From contig JADEYG010000007.1 of assembly GCA_016906335.1 (NCBI GenBank), forward strand, positions 248,001 to 312,000: a stretch of DNA of 64,000 nucleotides, written 5' to 3'. The first letter of the stretch is position 1. Each line of letters begins with the position of its first letter. Position numbers and translations under genes: made by a program. Source of the DNA: Novakomyces olei (Eukaryota). The notes beneath the pieces were generated by a model. That model searched no databases, had not been told where the DNA came from, and was given only the letters and a program-made list of their open reading frames with translations. This document shows, piece after piece, positions 25,824-38,024 of the stretch.

Positions 25824-27437
25824 TCATAAGTTGAGCCGTTTCAAGCGAGCTTCTGCCGCAGCTGCCCGCTTTTCCCGCTCTATCCGTCGCCTCAGTTCCG
25901 GAGAGACATTTTGACCTGGACTCGGGCCCACTGAGGTTCGTACGCCAAGCGCCCGGGCTGTCGCCCTCTCTGCAAACGCCTTTTGCTTCTCGCTGTCTTC
26001 AACTTCCTTTACACGCGCCTCCAACTCCATTTTGCGCTCTTGTGCTGCATTTGCATTTTCTGACTCTTTTTGTTCTCTTTCCTGTTGCTCACGGGCATTT
26101 ACTTGTTCAGGCGAAAGAGGCTGTGGCACATGAGCCGCTTCCCAGTCCCATCGTGCTTCCCCGAGACGGTAGCGCGCCAGCCGGAAAGCGTCCCGTACGG
26201 CCCGGCCATTAGTAGCCACATCAAAGGCAGTCTTTCCCGCACCGTTAACGCGTGTTGGGTCGGCTCCATTTGCCAGTAGACTGGCGACTATCGCAGTATG
26301 GCCGGCAGCGGCAGCGTGATGTAGTAGTGTCGGCAAATGGTGATTTGCTAAGGAATCCTGAACAAGATGGAAATTGGGAGAGAGCAAACTGCTTTCCAGT
26401 ATTGATGACAGTAAAGGCGCTTTCCCCCGTCGAATAGCAGCCAGACAGTCTGTAGTAGCAACCTCTTCCGCTGACAAAGCGTGTGATTGTGAAGCAGAGT
26501 CCCTTGCCAATCGCCGGCTTTCGCGTTCCGCCTCCCTCTGCTTAGTGCGTGCTTCCTGTTTTTCCCTAATTTTTTCTCTCTCTTGTGCATTGAGATCATG
26601 GTCGGAAATTTTACTGTAAAACAGCTCACGAAAGCATCGCTCCAGCTCTGTTTGCGTAGGCCGTTTAGTGGTGAAGGGGAACCCTCTAACTTTACTACTA
26701 ATTTTACCCTTTTCATGAGCAGTCCCCGCGTCTCGCAGCGGGCAGGCCTCAAAGTCGTACAGCGTTTTTTTGTTTTGTGGGCCAGTAGCACGCACAAAGA
26801 CTAGCACTGATCCCTCAATATACTCCCTCCACTCTGAAAGCACTTGTCTAACTTCGTTGACAAGCGCCGTCTCATTGTACCGCCGCAGTGCACTTCCGGC
26901 TGAATGAATGCCGCCTTTGCTATTGTCCGCAGCCGCCTGACCCCCACCTTGCTTTCTCCGAGTAGTGTACCTGTGAAACGATTTATGAGCAATCGTCTGC
27001 GTTCCCCTCCCGAGCGACACGACTCTGCCTGCAAAATGGCCTCCGCCAATCATTATCAGCGTCACACGCTTCTCGTGCTGCCCAACGTTTTGGCACTGCT
27101 GCAGGCAAGCTACACTCGGCACTGATGGTCCGGGGCTGTATATTTCCGGAGGAAAGGCATTCTTGTAAAATCCATAGTATACATTGCCGGCACCTAAAAA
27201 CCAGACCATCGCATCCTTGCGCGCGGCCAAAGTGGCGGCACTTTCTTCGCTCGTATACCCGTCTGACTCACTGTCCCCTTCGCCCGCGTCTTGGCCGGAC
27301 GGGTCTACGTCTAAACTCGCGTCGGTCCGCCAATCAGCGCCCGCTCCTGCTGGCTTTAGAGTACCGAGTACATTTTCGGGAATCTGAAACAAGTAAAGTT
27401 GCCGCGACCGCCACGGCGGGTCTCCGCGTGCGGCCAT
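25824..27437 (-). CDS. VMS1: Vms1/ANKZF1 ribosome quality control tRNA endonuclease
   Basis: GGGHFAG, HKSFHRYTTRRKQGGGQ, HSAGSALRRYNE, ankyrin repeat, C-terminal VIM (REKRAAAAEARL); first ATG at 27437. Confidence 0.93.
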   Translation of the reverse strand: MAARGDPPWRSRQLYLFQIPENVLGTLKPAGAGADWRTDASLDVDPSGQDAGEGDSESDGYTSEESAATLAARKDAMVWFLGAGNVYYGFYKNAFPPEIYSPGPSVPSVACLQQCQNVGQHEKRVTLIMIGGGHFAGRVVSLGRGTQTIAHKSFHRYTTRRKQGGGQAAADNSKGGIHSAGSALRRYNETALVNEVRQVLSEWREYIEGSVLVFVRATGPQNKKTLYDFEACPLRDAGTAHEKGKISSKVRGFPFTTKRPTQTELERCFRELFYSKISDHDLNAQEREKIREKQEARTKQREAERESRRLARDSASQSHALSAEEVATTDCLAAIRRGKAPLLSSILESSLLSPNFHLVQDSLANHHLPTLLHHAAAAGHTAIVASLLANGADPTRVNGAGKTAFDVATNGRAVRDAFRLARYRLGEARWDWEAAHVPQPLSPEQVNAREQQEREQKESENANAAQERKMELEARVKEVEDSEKQKAFAERATARALGVRTSVGPSPGQNVSPELRRRIEREKRAAAAEARLKRLNL

Positions 27438-27485
27438 ACCCTCTTTGCAACGAGCTAGCAAGCGTCTTTTTTAATGGCACGTATA

Positions 27486-27620
27486 TTTTATTATTTTATT
27501 ATTTTTTTTTTATTATTTTTTTTTATTAATTAATTTAATTATTAATTTATTAATTTATTATTATTAATTTATTAATTTATTAATTTATTAATTTATTAAT
27601 TTATTATTATTTTATTATTA
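27486..27620. repeat. AT-only low-complexity/8-nt repeat (TAATTTAT)n upstream of VMS1
   Basis: About 135 nt almost entirely A/T. Confidence 0.85.
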
Positions 27621-28089
27621 TACCTATACAATCTCTATCAACATATATCAGGTTGAAGTTCAATGATAGGATCAATAAATTTATTATAACAATACTGACT
27701 ATGTTTTCGTCGTACAGCGATTAAAAAAGTATAGAAACAACGCTTCCCCACTTTCTACTGTCGACCGACCAATGTACAAGGTTTTTATAGTGGAGAATGT
27801 TGAAACGAGGCGGTATTTGTCCTGTAGTCTACTACTTTAGATGCCAATTAGAGCGGCAAACAAGTCTCTATCAAGCAAGTCTGTCAAACAAGTCTGTCAA
27901 ACAAACGTCTGCGTCCGTCGTACCCCACACCCACCGCTCTAATACCCACCGCGCTAATACTATTCGACACTATCCAGTGCAATGTCTCGGACGGCGACGG
28001 GCTTTGCAGGGTGTTAGCGTAGGGTCCGTTGGAGGTAATATTGTAGGGCCTATATAAGCGTGGATACCAGACCATCACAGTCTACAATA

Positions 28090-28494
28090 ATGTGGCGGCT
28101 TCTTCTTTTGTTCAGTATCTTGTTACCGGCGCGAGCTTTGCCGTTCTATCTTCAAGTCTCGTTTCGTATTGAGTACAAAAAATGCGTCTATCCCTTTGTG
28201 TTTCACACAAGATCCATCGATCGCCATTGCATACGCCATGCGGCCCGAGTTTCGTGTGAGCAGTACTGTGACAATAACAATATCACTTACACGTACGGCG
28301 GCTACGATTCTACAGACTTCAGACTGATGCAATGCGTGCGCACTACGTACTATGCAAAAAAGCACAGGTCTCGTTTTATTGAGTACTGTTGTGAGGACGC
28401 AGCTACGCAGGAGGAAGAAACATTTGGACAGTGCCTAAGCCGGGATATACCACCGTCGGATTCATCGTCTGAAGACATAGGCGCAAGAAAATGA
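28090..28494 (+). CDS. Small secreted cysteine-rich protein (orphan, effector-like)
   Basis: 134 aa; signal peptide MWRLLLLFSILLPARA; 8 Cys; TATATAA at 28051; AATAAA after the stop. Confidence 0.75.
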   Translation: MWRLLLLFSILLPARALPFYLQVSFRIEYKKCVYPFVFHTRSIDRHCIRHAARVSCEQYCDNNNITYTYGGYDSTDFRLMQCVRTTYYAKKHRSRFIEYCCEDAATQEEETFGQCLSRDIPPSDSSSEDIGARK

Positions 28495-29064
28495 AACAAA
28501 TAAAATGGTTACTACAATCGGACTATTGACGATTCATATAATCGATGCGCAAACACAGAGACGTGGCAAAACACGATGGCCAGTAGTCGGTGATAAATAG
28601 CGATAAATAGGGTTGGTTCCGTTTGATCAATTCTTTTCAATTATGGGTATATGACACACTACTGTACTGCATCCCGGCATCTTGCAATTTCTTTTTTTCA
28701 AGACCTATCGGTAACTCAAATATAAAATTCAAAGTAAAAATTTGGCCCACTTGTGTACCGAAAAGTCTATTCATCCACAACAGAGTCGCGGCGATTCGAG
28801 CAAACACTATCGTTACATTGGCGACACGTCTCCTTCTACAGTTCTCCTTCTATAGTTCTATATAGTTATCCTTCTTTAGTTCTATAGTTCTCCTATAGTT
28901 ATCCTTCTATAGTACCCCACACACGACCCCCACTTTGGGTGTGCGCGTGTTTACTTGAAAGCAATGTATGAGCTCACCACTAGACTTTATTTAATTACGT
29001 AGGCGATCGGTGTTTATCTATTAATAGACTTGCCTCTGAGTCATACCTGTGAATCACGATACAA

Positions 29065-29540
29065 ATGGCGGAGACGTCTCCGCAAGATCGACAGACGTCG
29101 GCGCAAACAGAGCTAAGCTCAACAGCGTCGAACGAGAGTACTACAGGTTTTGAAGAACCTTTTTCTCGCGAGCGCAATACTCAATTGGCGCAGTAAGCAC
29201 ATACACGACTGCCATTAGAATATGTCTAACATGGTTTTGCTAGCCCGGAAGCTGAAACGGGTCCTAACGAGGAATTTCCTGAAGAGCTTGTACACGTAAT
29301 AAGCACGATCTTTGCATTTTTTTTGTGTCGAAGTTTTCGTGCTTTGTTCACTTCTAACACGTATAGGACGAAAGCAAGCCACAGCCGCACCATAAAATAC
29401 CGGTTATCGACCAAGCACTGGCGCTAGGTAAAAAGACTGCGGGGTTTGTGCTACATAAGCCCGAGATGGTGGCAGAGGCAAACGATATTCGGACTGGAAA
29501 CCTCTTGAAACAAGTCACAAAGAAAGGGGCCGACAAGTAA
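29065..29540 (+). CDS. Small hydrophilic hypothetical protein (about 117 aa, 3 exons)
   Basis: Two introns with GTAAGC/GTAATA donors, CTAAC branch points and TAG acceptors join an open frame ending ...KIPVIDQALALGKKTAGFVLHKPEMVAEANDIRTGNLLKQVTKKGADK; absent from the ORF track. Confidence 0.65.
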
Positions 29541-29820
29541 AGCTGTGCCAATATTTCACGAGCTGCCGACGGTGGTTCCATTTGTGCCAGAATGCTATAT
29601 AGCTTTGACATTCGTGTTGGAGGGCCTTGTTTGATAAAGATTATTCCATACATGATTCTCCATGTTTGTGTAAACGACACGTGCTTAAACGATTGCACAA
29701 TTCTTTTGATAGATCGTTGAAACGTATTTGAAAAGTTTTCATTCTCCAGTAGTAATGGCTATATAATAAGCTACTCTTAATTATTCTATGCTGTTGGTAA
29801 TATGCTATCGTCCGTCCGCG

Positions 29821-32800
29821 TCAGTCCTCATTCTCACCATCGGATTGCACGTTTGCATCTTCATCGTCTTCACTCACAGTCTCGCCCAATGCCCGTAGTC
29901 TCGAACGATCTCTATTTCGTTTGCTTTCCAGCTCCTCGATAACAAGTAACCAATCATCTTCGCTCTCTTTTGCCTTCTTTGACACCTCGTCAAGCTCTGA
30001 TTGGAGACTACTAATCTTTGATTCGTATTCCTCGGTGCCTTTGCTTGCACCAGTGATCCTATCTTGAAGACTGCTGTTCTCTGTTTTCAAGGACTCGATT
30101 TCCTGCCGTAAGCTTTGAATCAAACCATCATTGTTGGATTCATGATGGTTCGGTTCCTCCCTCTTCTTGGCCTTTTTGAATGCTTCCTCCTTTTCTGCTA
30201 TTTCTGCCATTAAGTTGCTTATTTCTCTTTCCTGCTGCTCTCGTAGCAGCCGTTCGGATTTGTCCTTCTCGTTGGCTATATCACCCTTTGCGACCCGCTC
30301 CTTTTGCAGATCGGATAAAGTTTCTTGTTGAGATTTTTCGAGCTGTTCCAGCTTACCTCGTAATTCAAGGCTAGCTTGTGCTGCTTGCTCTAGATCACGA
30401 TCACGTGACTCACATTGCATTTGTAATTCTCGTAGATCATTTTCAAGCTTCTTTGATTTTTCTAGAGATTCCGCTCTTGCTGAGTTTAATAAACTTTCAA
30501 GATTGCTTCGTTCTTCATTGAGCCGTTGAGTCGACGATTTTTCCCGTTCGAGCTCCAACGATGCAGACTGAGCCGCGGATTGCGACTTTTCTAATCGATC
30601 CTTCAGATCATTAATGGCTTTACCTATTTCAACCTTATTCTGATCGTGTGAAGTGGCCAATGATGATATCTCGGCCAAAAGACGTTTATTTTCATCCTGC
30701 TCCTTTCGCAAATTAGACTGTAAAGCATTTGTTCGATCTTGTAAGCGACCTGCTTCGGCTTGAAACTGTTTCAGACTCTTGGCCATATCTGACAATTGCG
30801 ACTGAAGATCTTGCGATACCGACTCAGCTTCCTGTCTCTTTTTACGCTCGGATTCAAAATTTTTGGTCCAATTTTGAAGTTCGCGTTTCCTTGCTTCAAT
30901 GTCAGCATTTTTATCGTCAATCAACCTTTGCTTTTCGTCGTTATCTTTCTTTAATTTTTTAGTTTCCTGCTGAAGAGTATACATTGCCGTATTTAGAGCC
31001 TTCGCTTTTGCTTCCGAATTTTCGAGCCGTGACCTGCCAGACGAAAGCTGTGACTTTAATTGCTCAATTTCTTTGGTAAGCGATGCATTTGAAAGCTCTA
31101 CCATGCGTTGTGCTTGAACTTGTAGAGCCGAAATTTCATTCTTTCGAACCTCTATTTCCTCATTGCGCAAAGCTAATTCATTCTGTAGTGATTGTATCTC
31201 GATCTGCTCTCGCGTTGGTCCCCGAGGCTTGACGACTCGCGTTAACCCTGGACCCTCACTGAGAGCATTACGAAGCCTTGAATAATTGTCCTTGAAAAAA
31301 TCAACAAAATTAGAAATAAAAATGGACCTTGAAATAGTCGAGCCAGACATTAGTGACTCAGTCAAGCTATTATCATCGCCAAAAGACAAAATCTGAGTAA
31401 ACGATCGAACTTCAGGCAATTTGCGTAGGTAGTCGAGCCGGCCAACAATTAAATCAAATCCATTACGTTCTGTGATTTGTTTAAATAGTTGCTCCCGGGA
31501 AACAGGGGACGTTTCCTCCGTATCAAAGCCATATATTATGAGCAACAATAACGAGCAAAGACCCTGCACTTGAAGCCGATCTTTCATGTTTGGTGTATTC
31601 ATTTGAGAAAGAAATATCAACAGAGAATTCACAATTGCGCTGTCCCCTAAAGTGTCGGCAACTACGGGAGGGAAATCAAAGAACCAAACGGAAAGAAGCA
31701 TAAGATAGCCCGACGAAATTCTTGCATCAAAGTCATTATTCAGACAGGTTACGGCGTTTGCCGAGATGGTCATTGCCAGAGTGACAATGTCAGAATCCTC
31801 CTCTATTTCATCTTGTTTATTTACAACTTCACCCATATCCGAATCAGCAGGGGTACTGCAAAGGTTTTGTTTAAGTTCGGGTTCACCATCGATTAGCATG
31901 AGCAGAATCATACACGAAGCCCACACACTGGCCGACGCTGAGGTTTCGTCAATGTCAACTACAAATCCGATAACATCGTACCAGCTGTCTTCGTCCTCTT
32001 GCCGCTGTGCCACAAAATGAGCAGTCAGCTCGCCGATTAGTGAAGCACGCAATGACTTGTTCCCATACACTAGAGACCGGAATGCTTCGAGTGCCGATGA
32101 TCTTAAAGTACCAGCTGTTTCAGGGTCCACTAAAAGATACAACAGGGCTTGCACACAAGGTGGAATACCGAGCTTGGCGTCATAAAAATCCTGACTGTTG
32201 GAAGGCTTAAAGGCAACAAAATAATTTTGGCATTTCTCATTATCATCTAGGACAATGGCAATGGTAGTAAAGGCCTTAGCCCTTAAAACATGAGGCAATT
32301 GAGATTGATGGTCTAAAGCGATAGATATGAGCGAGCCCAGAATCCCAGAATGCATAATCGATGCTTGATTAGAGGGGAGCTGGAAGCCTGCATTACCTCC
32401 AAAGGCCTGAATTGTATCAAGTAGCAAGAGATAGTTGGCAAGCCAATCACTATCCCATATCGAGACGGACCGAGATTCGTGGGCATTTACGTCGAAAAGA
32501 TGAGCTAGAAGCTTCATGCATCCCGATTCCTTAAAGATACTTTGATTAGCTGAATTGTTGGCAAGCAGTGCCAACAAAAGTCGATAGCAGTCTGCAACTA
32601 CAACGTTTCCGGCTAACGGCCCTTCCAATTCGATGATGTGAAGCGTCTTTTCAATGCAACTTTCAAACGCAATAATCTTCTGTGTCTCTACATTGCTTCG
32701 GCAGAGTTCGGTCAACAAAAGTATGCCCGCATTTCGAATCGGCTCGGCAGAGCTGTCAAGAGTCTCAACTAGCTGTGAGATAGCCAGAGGACAAGCCATG

Positions 32801-33376
32801 ATGCACTGCTGCATTTGGTTGGTGCGCCGCTGGACCAAGGACGTCAATAATTTCAAAGTATAGAGACTCAAGTAGAAGTCTTTGCGGCTAAGAGCATTCA
32901 CCAGTGAATCCACAAGCTCTTGATTCTTTTATTGAAAACAAATGTTAGTCTCAATGTTAATCACATAAATTGGCGTCGAATATACCAATGAAATCTCGTC
33001 AGCCATCCATAGGCCAGTGATATCAGCGTCCAACGCTAGATCGTCGGCTTTCATCAAGACAGCCAGCATCTCGACCGAAGCACGTAGAGTCTCCAAATCG
33101 TCATAGTCCGTTTTCAATGATTTTAGAATACCTCGTAATCCACTGGAAGCCACGGTCTAAATAACAATAGCACATTAGCCTACTTCTTATTGGACCATTT
33201 TGTATTAAGCTTACCTCGCGAAACCCACGCGAGAAACTTTTGAGCCCCAAAATCGCGGCGCGCCGATCTTCCAGCAACGTCGCATTTTCCAGTCGATCAC
33301 ATAACTTGAGAATTGTTTCCTCTGCATACTGCGGCTTTGGCTGAATGGCAGAGTAACTCTTGGACAGAATGTCCAT
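29821..33376 (-). CDS. USO1: ER-Golgi vesicle tether Uso1/p115
   Basis: ETILKLCDRLENATLLEDRRAAILGLKSFSR, armadillo head (QKIIAFE), long coiled coil, acidic tail; two introns. Confidence 0.95.
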
Positions 33377-33460
33377 CGCTAGCACGAGGAGCTCAATAAC
33401 ATGTAGATAAATAAAGAAACGATTTTAATAATATTGTAAAACAACTGTATTTGCAAGCAT

Positions 33461-33483
33461 TAACCCTAACTAACCCCAACTAA
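33461..33483 (-). promoter_or_regulatory. Telomere-like element (TAACCCTAACTAACCCCAACTAA) in the USO1 divergent promoter
   Basis: Reverse complement contains GGGTTAGTTAGGGTTA. Confidence 0.55.
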
Positions 33484-33568
33484 TTAATATTGTATAGTAA
33501 TTGTGAAACAACCCGTTCACAATCAATTTATAGATTAATTCGGCGGTACGCGTACAGCAAAAGACTGC

Positions 33569-34528
33569 ATGGAATTGTCATTGGTGTACTTGTCGCTGAT
33601 TTGGGCCGTTCCTTTTATTAGGAATCGATTATTTGGCTCTCTAACTGTACGATATGGTGAAGGCGCGGGCAAAATTAGGCTTGGTACTGCTGCTTCAGCG
33701 ACATTGCAACTCCTACTATCACTAGCTTTGGTAGTTTTCGCATCTCGCACAAAGTACGTGAACGCTTTCCGTGCGGCAGCGACACCGTTTGGCACACCAA
33801 TTGAAATTCTGCGCTTAAAACTGCGGCGACGCGGTCTTGCCGACGCTTATGAGGCAATACTTTCCCGTCTTGTTTCAACAACTGAGCGAGTTTTGTACGC
33901 TAGGCATGGTGCGGAGTATGTAGCGTGTGAATGGTGTAAGCCAGGCGATTCAATGGACCTTTTGCTTTACAAGATACCTTACTTTGTGTTTCGGTACGCT
34001 TTTGTGTCAACTCTTTTGTATGTCCTGCTATTGTTCGGTTGGCGAGGCATTGTGCACTCGCCCAGTCAAATTGCTCGGGTTGGTACTCTGGCCGTCTACG
34101 CTATCGCGGGTCTGGAAATTTACGCGTTAAAATATACGAAAGAGTATCCCCACGAAACGGCACATTTAACTTTTTACTACGGGACGGCATTAGTAGCTTT
34201 AGTCTGTGCGGTAGCTACTTATCAAGGAAGCACTGGCAGACTACAGGTCATCTCAACGCTAGACACTCCCCAGCAATTACAAAAGGCTCTCTTGTCTTCC
34301 CTACACAATATACGAGGAGCCAATTTGATGCATCAGGCAGAAGCATCTAATGCAAAACTACGGTCACGGACTCGCGATTTCTGGGATGCACAGGAAGAGG
34401 CAAAACAAAAGTTTTTCGCTAAAGAGGTAGTGAAATCTAAGCGGACTGAAATTTTGGCAAAATATGATGTCAATGCGCGACGGCAAATTCTGTCGGCATT
34501 GGTAAAGCAGGCGTTTGATGAAGCTTGA
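33569..34528 (+). CDS. Hypothetical multi-pass membrane protein
   Basis: 319-aa ORF with several hydrophobic segments and a R.LYA.HG...C.WC motif reminiscent of uncharacterised fungal membrane proteins. Confidence 0.75.
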   Translation: MELSLVYLSLIWAVPFIRNRLFGSLTVRYGEGAGKIRLGTAASATLQLLLSLALVVFASRTKYVNAFRAAATPFGTPIEILRLKLRRRGLADAYEAILSRLVSTTERVLYARHGAEYVACEWCKPGDSMDLLLYKIPYFVFRYAFVSTLLYVLLLFGWRGIVHSPSQIARVGTLAVYAIAGLEIYALKYTKEYPHETAHLTFYYGTALVALVCAVATYQGSTGRLQVISTLDTPQQLQKALLSSLHNIRGANLMHQAEASNAKLRSRTRDFWDAQEEAKQKFFAKEVVKSKRTEILAKYDVNARRQILSALVKQAFDEA

Positions 34529-34910
34529 CGCTGTTATTGGAGCAATAAGATACTTGATACTATACACAAAGCTTATAATGTTATGATTGATGCGATAGAA
34601 GACGTTTATTCGTTTAAAGATATGCTTTCACAAATATGCCACCTTTTAAATAAACATGCTTTCTGATCGGTGTGACCAAGATAAAATGCTACACTTTGTA
34701 TCAAAAATTGTTTTTCACGTTTGACCAATTTATGCACACCTTTGACTTCTTTACCTGCAAAAATTAAAAGCTGTTGAGCAGCAAATTGTTCAATTGCAAT
34801 ACTCAAAAAAAAGTGCATATCAACAATGAAGAGGCCAAGGCAGAAATAAATAGAACATGACCACTAAAAGGCTCATTTTAGAGGATGCCAATAAAAGACT
34901 TGCTCCACTT

Positions 34911-35949
34911 TTATGCGCATGAAACAAGGTTCCACGAAAGCGAGGCAATATCAAAACTGAAGCGTGGATCAAATAATGAGTATCGCAAATCAACATCGTT
35001 CATATCCAAATCGTTTTTCAGACGGTGTTCTATTTCATTTAAATGTATAGTCCATTCCACCCAAGTCGCACATTGAGCAAGACAGTCAGCTAAATCGTCA
35101 AATTTGCGTGAGCCCTGTCTGGCCTGTGAATTTTTACCGCCATTTTTATAGAATATTGAGTTTAGCTCACTTGCCTTCTCTGAAAACGAAACACGACCTG
35201 TCCCCAGTAGCTTGTCGACAGCAGTTAGCCTTACAGCCTTTGAATGCCGGTCAATCGATCGTAAGGTTCCTTTAGACACGCCTTGAGGAAACTCAGCCAG
35301 ATTGTCTAGGTAACGAACGACAGCTGCCGGATTAACCGGAAATATGCGGCGCGCCTTCTTTACTGAGAACGGCTGAGCAGCAGCAGCAGCCCATAGCATT
35401 GCTTCCAGAAAACAAACTCTGATAGTCCATTCTTGCACGGAAGAAGCACCCATACTTCGGTGCCGCTGACGTTCGATTAAAACTATATCAGGTGAATATT
35501 GTTGGTATAGGCTTTGTAACAAGTTTACCGCTGCATCTGCAAAGGCGCCCGGCTTGTAGCTCTCTGGCAATGTTGATACATCTTCTCCGCTCGAACTGAA
35601 TTTTAAAAATTGCTGAGGTACAGTCAGGTCTAACCGCATCCAATCACTAATTGAAAGATGCGAGTCCTGCTTTGTTCTAAGATTGATAGCATCGCCAACA
35701 CAAAACGAAAAATTTCGTATTCCCGGGTCAATACTTAAAACGCGTAAAGGACGCGAAACAAATTCATGTTGCTGCGTCATTGTCGTCACAGCATTGTTCG
35801 ACTCGAGTAAGGCACCGACCATCGCGCTTTTTGTTGTCTTGCTTTCTATACGCGTTAAACGTGATTGCAATAGCTGCCTTCATACCAACACCGCTAAGTC
35901 GGCATAGTGCAGATAACGACTTTGCCGGCAGCCTCAATAGGGCTTCCAT
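34911..35949 (-). CDS. CCE1: Mitochondrial Holliday-junction resolvase Cce1/Ydc2
   Basis: SAP-like exon 1 (LSALCRLSGV) spliced to LSIDPGIRNFSFC, VLIERQRHRS, KFDDLADCL. Confidence 0.9.
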
Positions 35950-36039
35950 TGAATTTTATTTACATCATTGCATAGGCTTCACCTAAACTCAACAAGACGC
36001 GCTCATGGCCCATGTGTTGTATTTCGGTGCTAGACGACC

Positions 36040-36086
36040 TAGGGTTAGTTTCAAATCCATACAATGGTTAGGGTTAGTTAGGGTAA
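36040..36086 (+). promoter_or_regulatory. Telomere-like elements (TAGGGTTAGTT; GGTTAGGGTTAGTTAGGGTAA) in the CCE1/GLR1 divergent promoter
   Basis: Several AGGGTT copies; more at about 36122, 36138 and 36179. Confidence 0.6.
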
Positions 36087-36356
36087 ACTATTTGGGCCCT
36101 TATAACTGTCGCGCACAGTCCAGGGTTTAATTGAAAAAGGGTTAATCTTCCCGAGTCTACAAGGTACTGATTTGTTTAAGGGTTAATAATTGACATTTTT
36201 CTAGTAGGGCTTACTTGACCAGCTGTTTCAGCAATTTGTATTATCGAGGTCTCTTGCGCACGCCATTCGTGTAACGGGCACTTTTAGAGACGAACTGCAA
36301 AAGTGGCGAACGCAGTTGCACGACTTGGTGCTGTACGACGGCAATTTTCGTCTGTA

Positions 36357-38024
36357 ATGGCTCCGTCTAAAGCGGTGGACTACCTCGTCATTGGTGGTGG
36401 ATCAGGTACAAATTCTTTGTCAAGTTTTTCTTTCTTTCCTTCCTTTGAGTGTTCACAGAAATTATAGTTTGAGCATGTGCTAAACCTCAGGTGGACTCGC
36501 TAGCGCGCGTAAGGCTTCCAAAGCTTATGGAGCCAAGGTAGCCTTGGTAGATGCAAGCGGGCGTCTTGGAGGCACTTGTGTGAACGTCGGCTGTGTCCCC
36601 AAAAAAGTTATGTGGAACACTTCCGATATGGCGGAGCGATTGCGTGCAGCTGCTCAGTACGGGTTCAATGTCGAGTTGCCCTCAGCTACGAAATTCAATT
36701 GGCCATTGCTAAAGGAAAAACGTGATGCTTATATTAAGCGTCTAAATGGTATTTATGTGCGTAATGTGGCAAACGACGGTGTCGAGTATATCGCAGGACG
36801 TGCCGCTCTGTCGTCGCCCAATAGCGTCAGTGTAGATTTGCTAGATGGATCAGGCCGCGTTGAGATTTCTGCGAAAAAGATTTTAATTGCTACCGGCGGC
36901 CGACCTTCGTGGCCTTCAAGCATTCCCGGCTACGAGCACGGTATTGATTCTGACGGATTTTTTGAATTGGAAGAACAGCCACGACGTGTGGGAATCGTGG
37001 GTGCTGGTTACATTGCAGTCGAATTTGCCGGTATTTTTAATGCTTTAGGAAGCGAAACTCATCTTCTAATAAGACATCAATATGCTCTTCGTTCTTTTGA
37101 TCCTCTAATTTCCGAGACTATAACCGATCATTACGAGCATGCTGGCGTTAATGTCCACAAGCAGACAAATGTGAAGAGCGTTGAAAAACTGCCTTCTGGT
37201 GCGTTAAAAATAAAGTTCGAAGCAGACGGTGTTGCTACATCAAAGGAGGTTGATACTCTTATTTGGGCCATTGGTAGAGTACCAGAAACGGAGAACCTAG
37301 GATTAGAATCCGCCGGTGTTAAAACAGATGCAAAAAATTTTATTGTCGTCGATGACTACCAAAACACAAATGTTCCTAGCGTATTGGCACTTGGAGACGT
37401 TTGTGGGCGTTTGGAATTGACGCCTGTTGCTATCGCGGCCGGACGCAAGTTAGCTGACCGTTTATTTGGTGGAATTGCTGATGCTCATCTCGACTACAAC
37501 AATGTTCCCTCCGCAATCTTTGCACATCCAGAAGCCGGAGCTTGCGGATTGACGGAGCCCGATGCTCGGAAAAAGTACGGCGATGAGAATATCAAAGTTT
37601 ATCAAACTCGGTTTGTCGCTATGTATTATGCCATGCTTCAAGATAAAGGTATTTATTTTTTGGCTTAAATACGTTTGTTTGCCTATTGAACAAAACATCA
37701 TCCCATCACAGCTTTCGGATGGCTTTTATCTTTTCATCGATTTCGCCTCTGTCTTTCTATCTTTGAACACAAATTTACTAATATACAATAGGTCCTACTG
37801 CTTACAAGGTCATTTGTCAAGGACCAGACGAAAAGGTCGTAGGTCTGCATCTTGTAGGTGAAGCAAGTTCGGAAATTCTGCAAGGATTCGGTGTCGCTAT
37901 GAAGATGGGAGCAACCAAAGCGGATTTTGATTCGGTAAGTAGCATTACTTTGTCATCAATGCTAATAAGGCAGTGTGTTGCTATTCACCCAACGTCGGCA
38001 GAAGAACTTGTAACTCTTAGATAG
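36357..38024 (+). CDS. GLR1: Glutathione reductase
   Basis: [53 protein letters not shown]; three introns. Confidence 0.97.
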
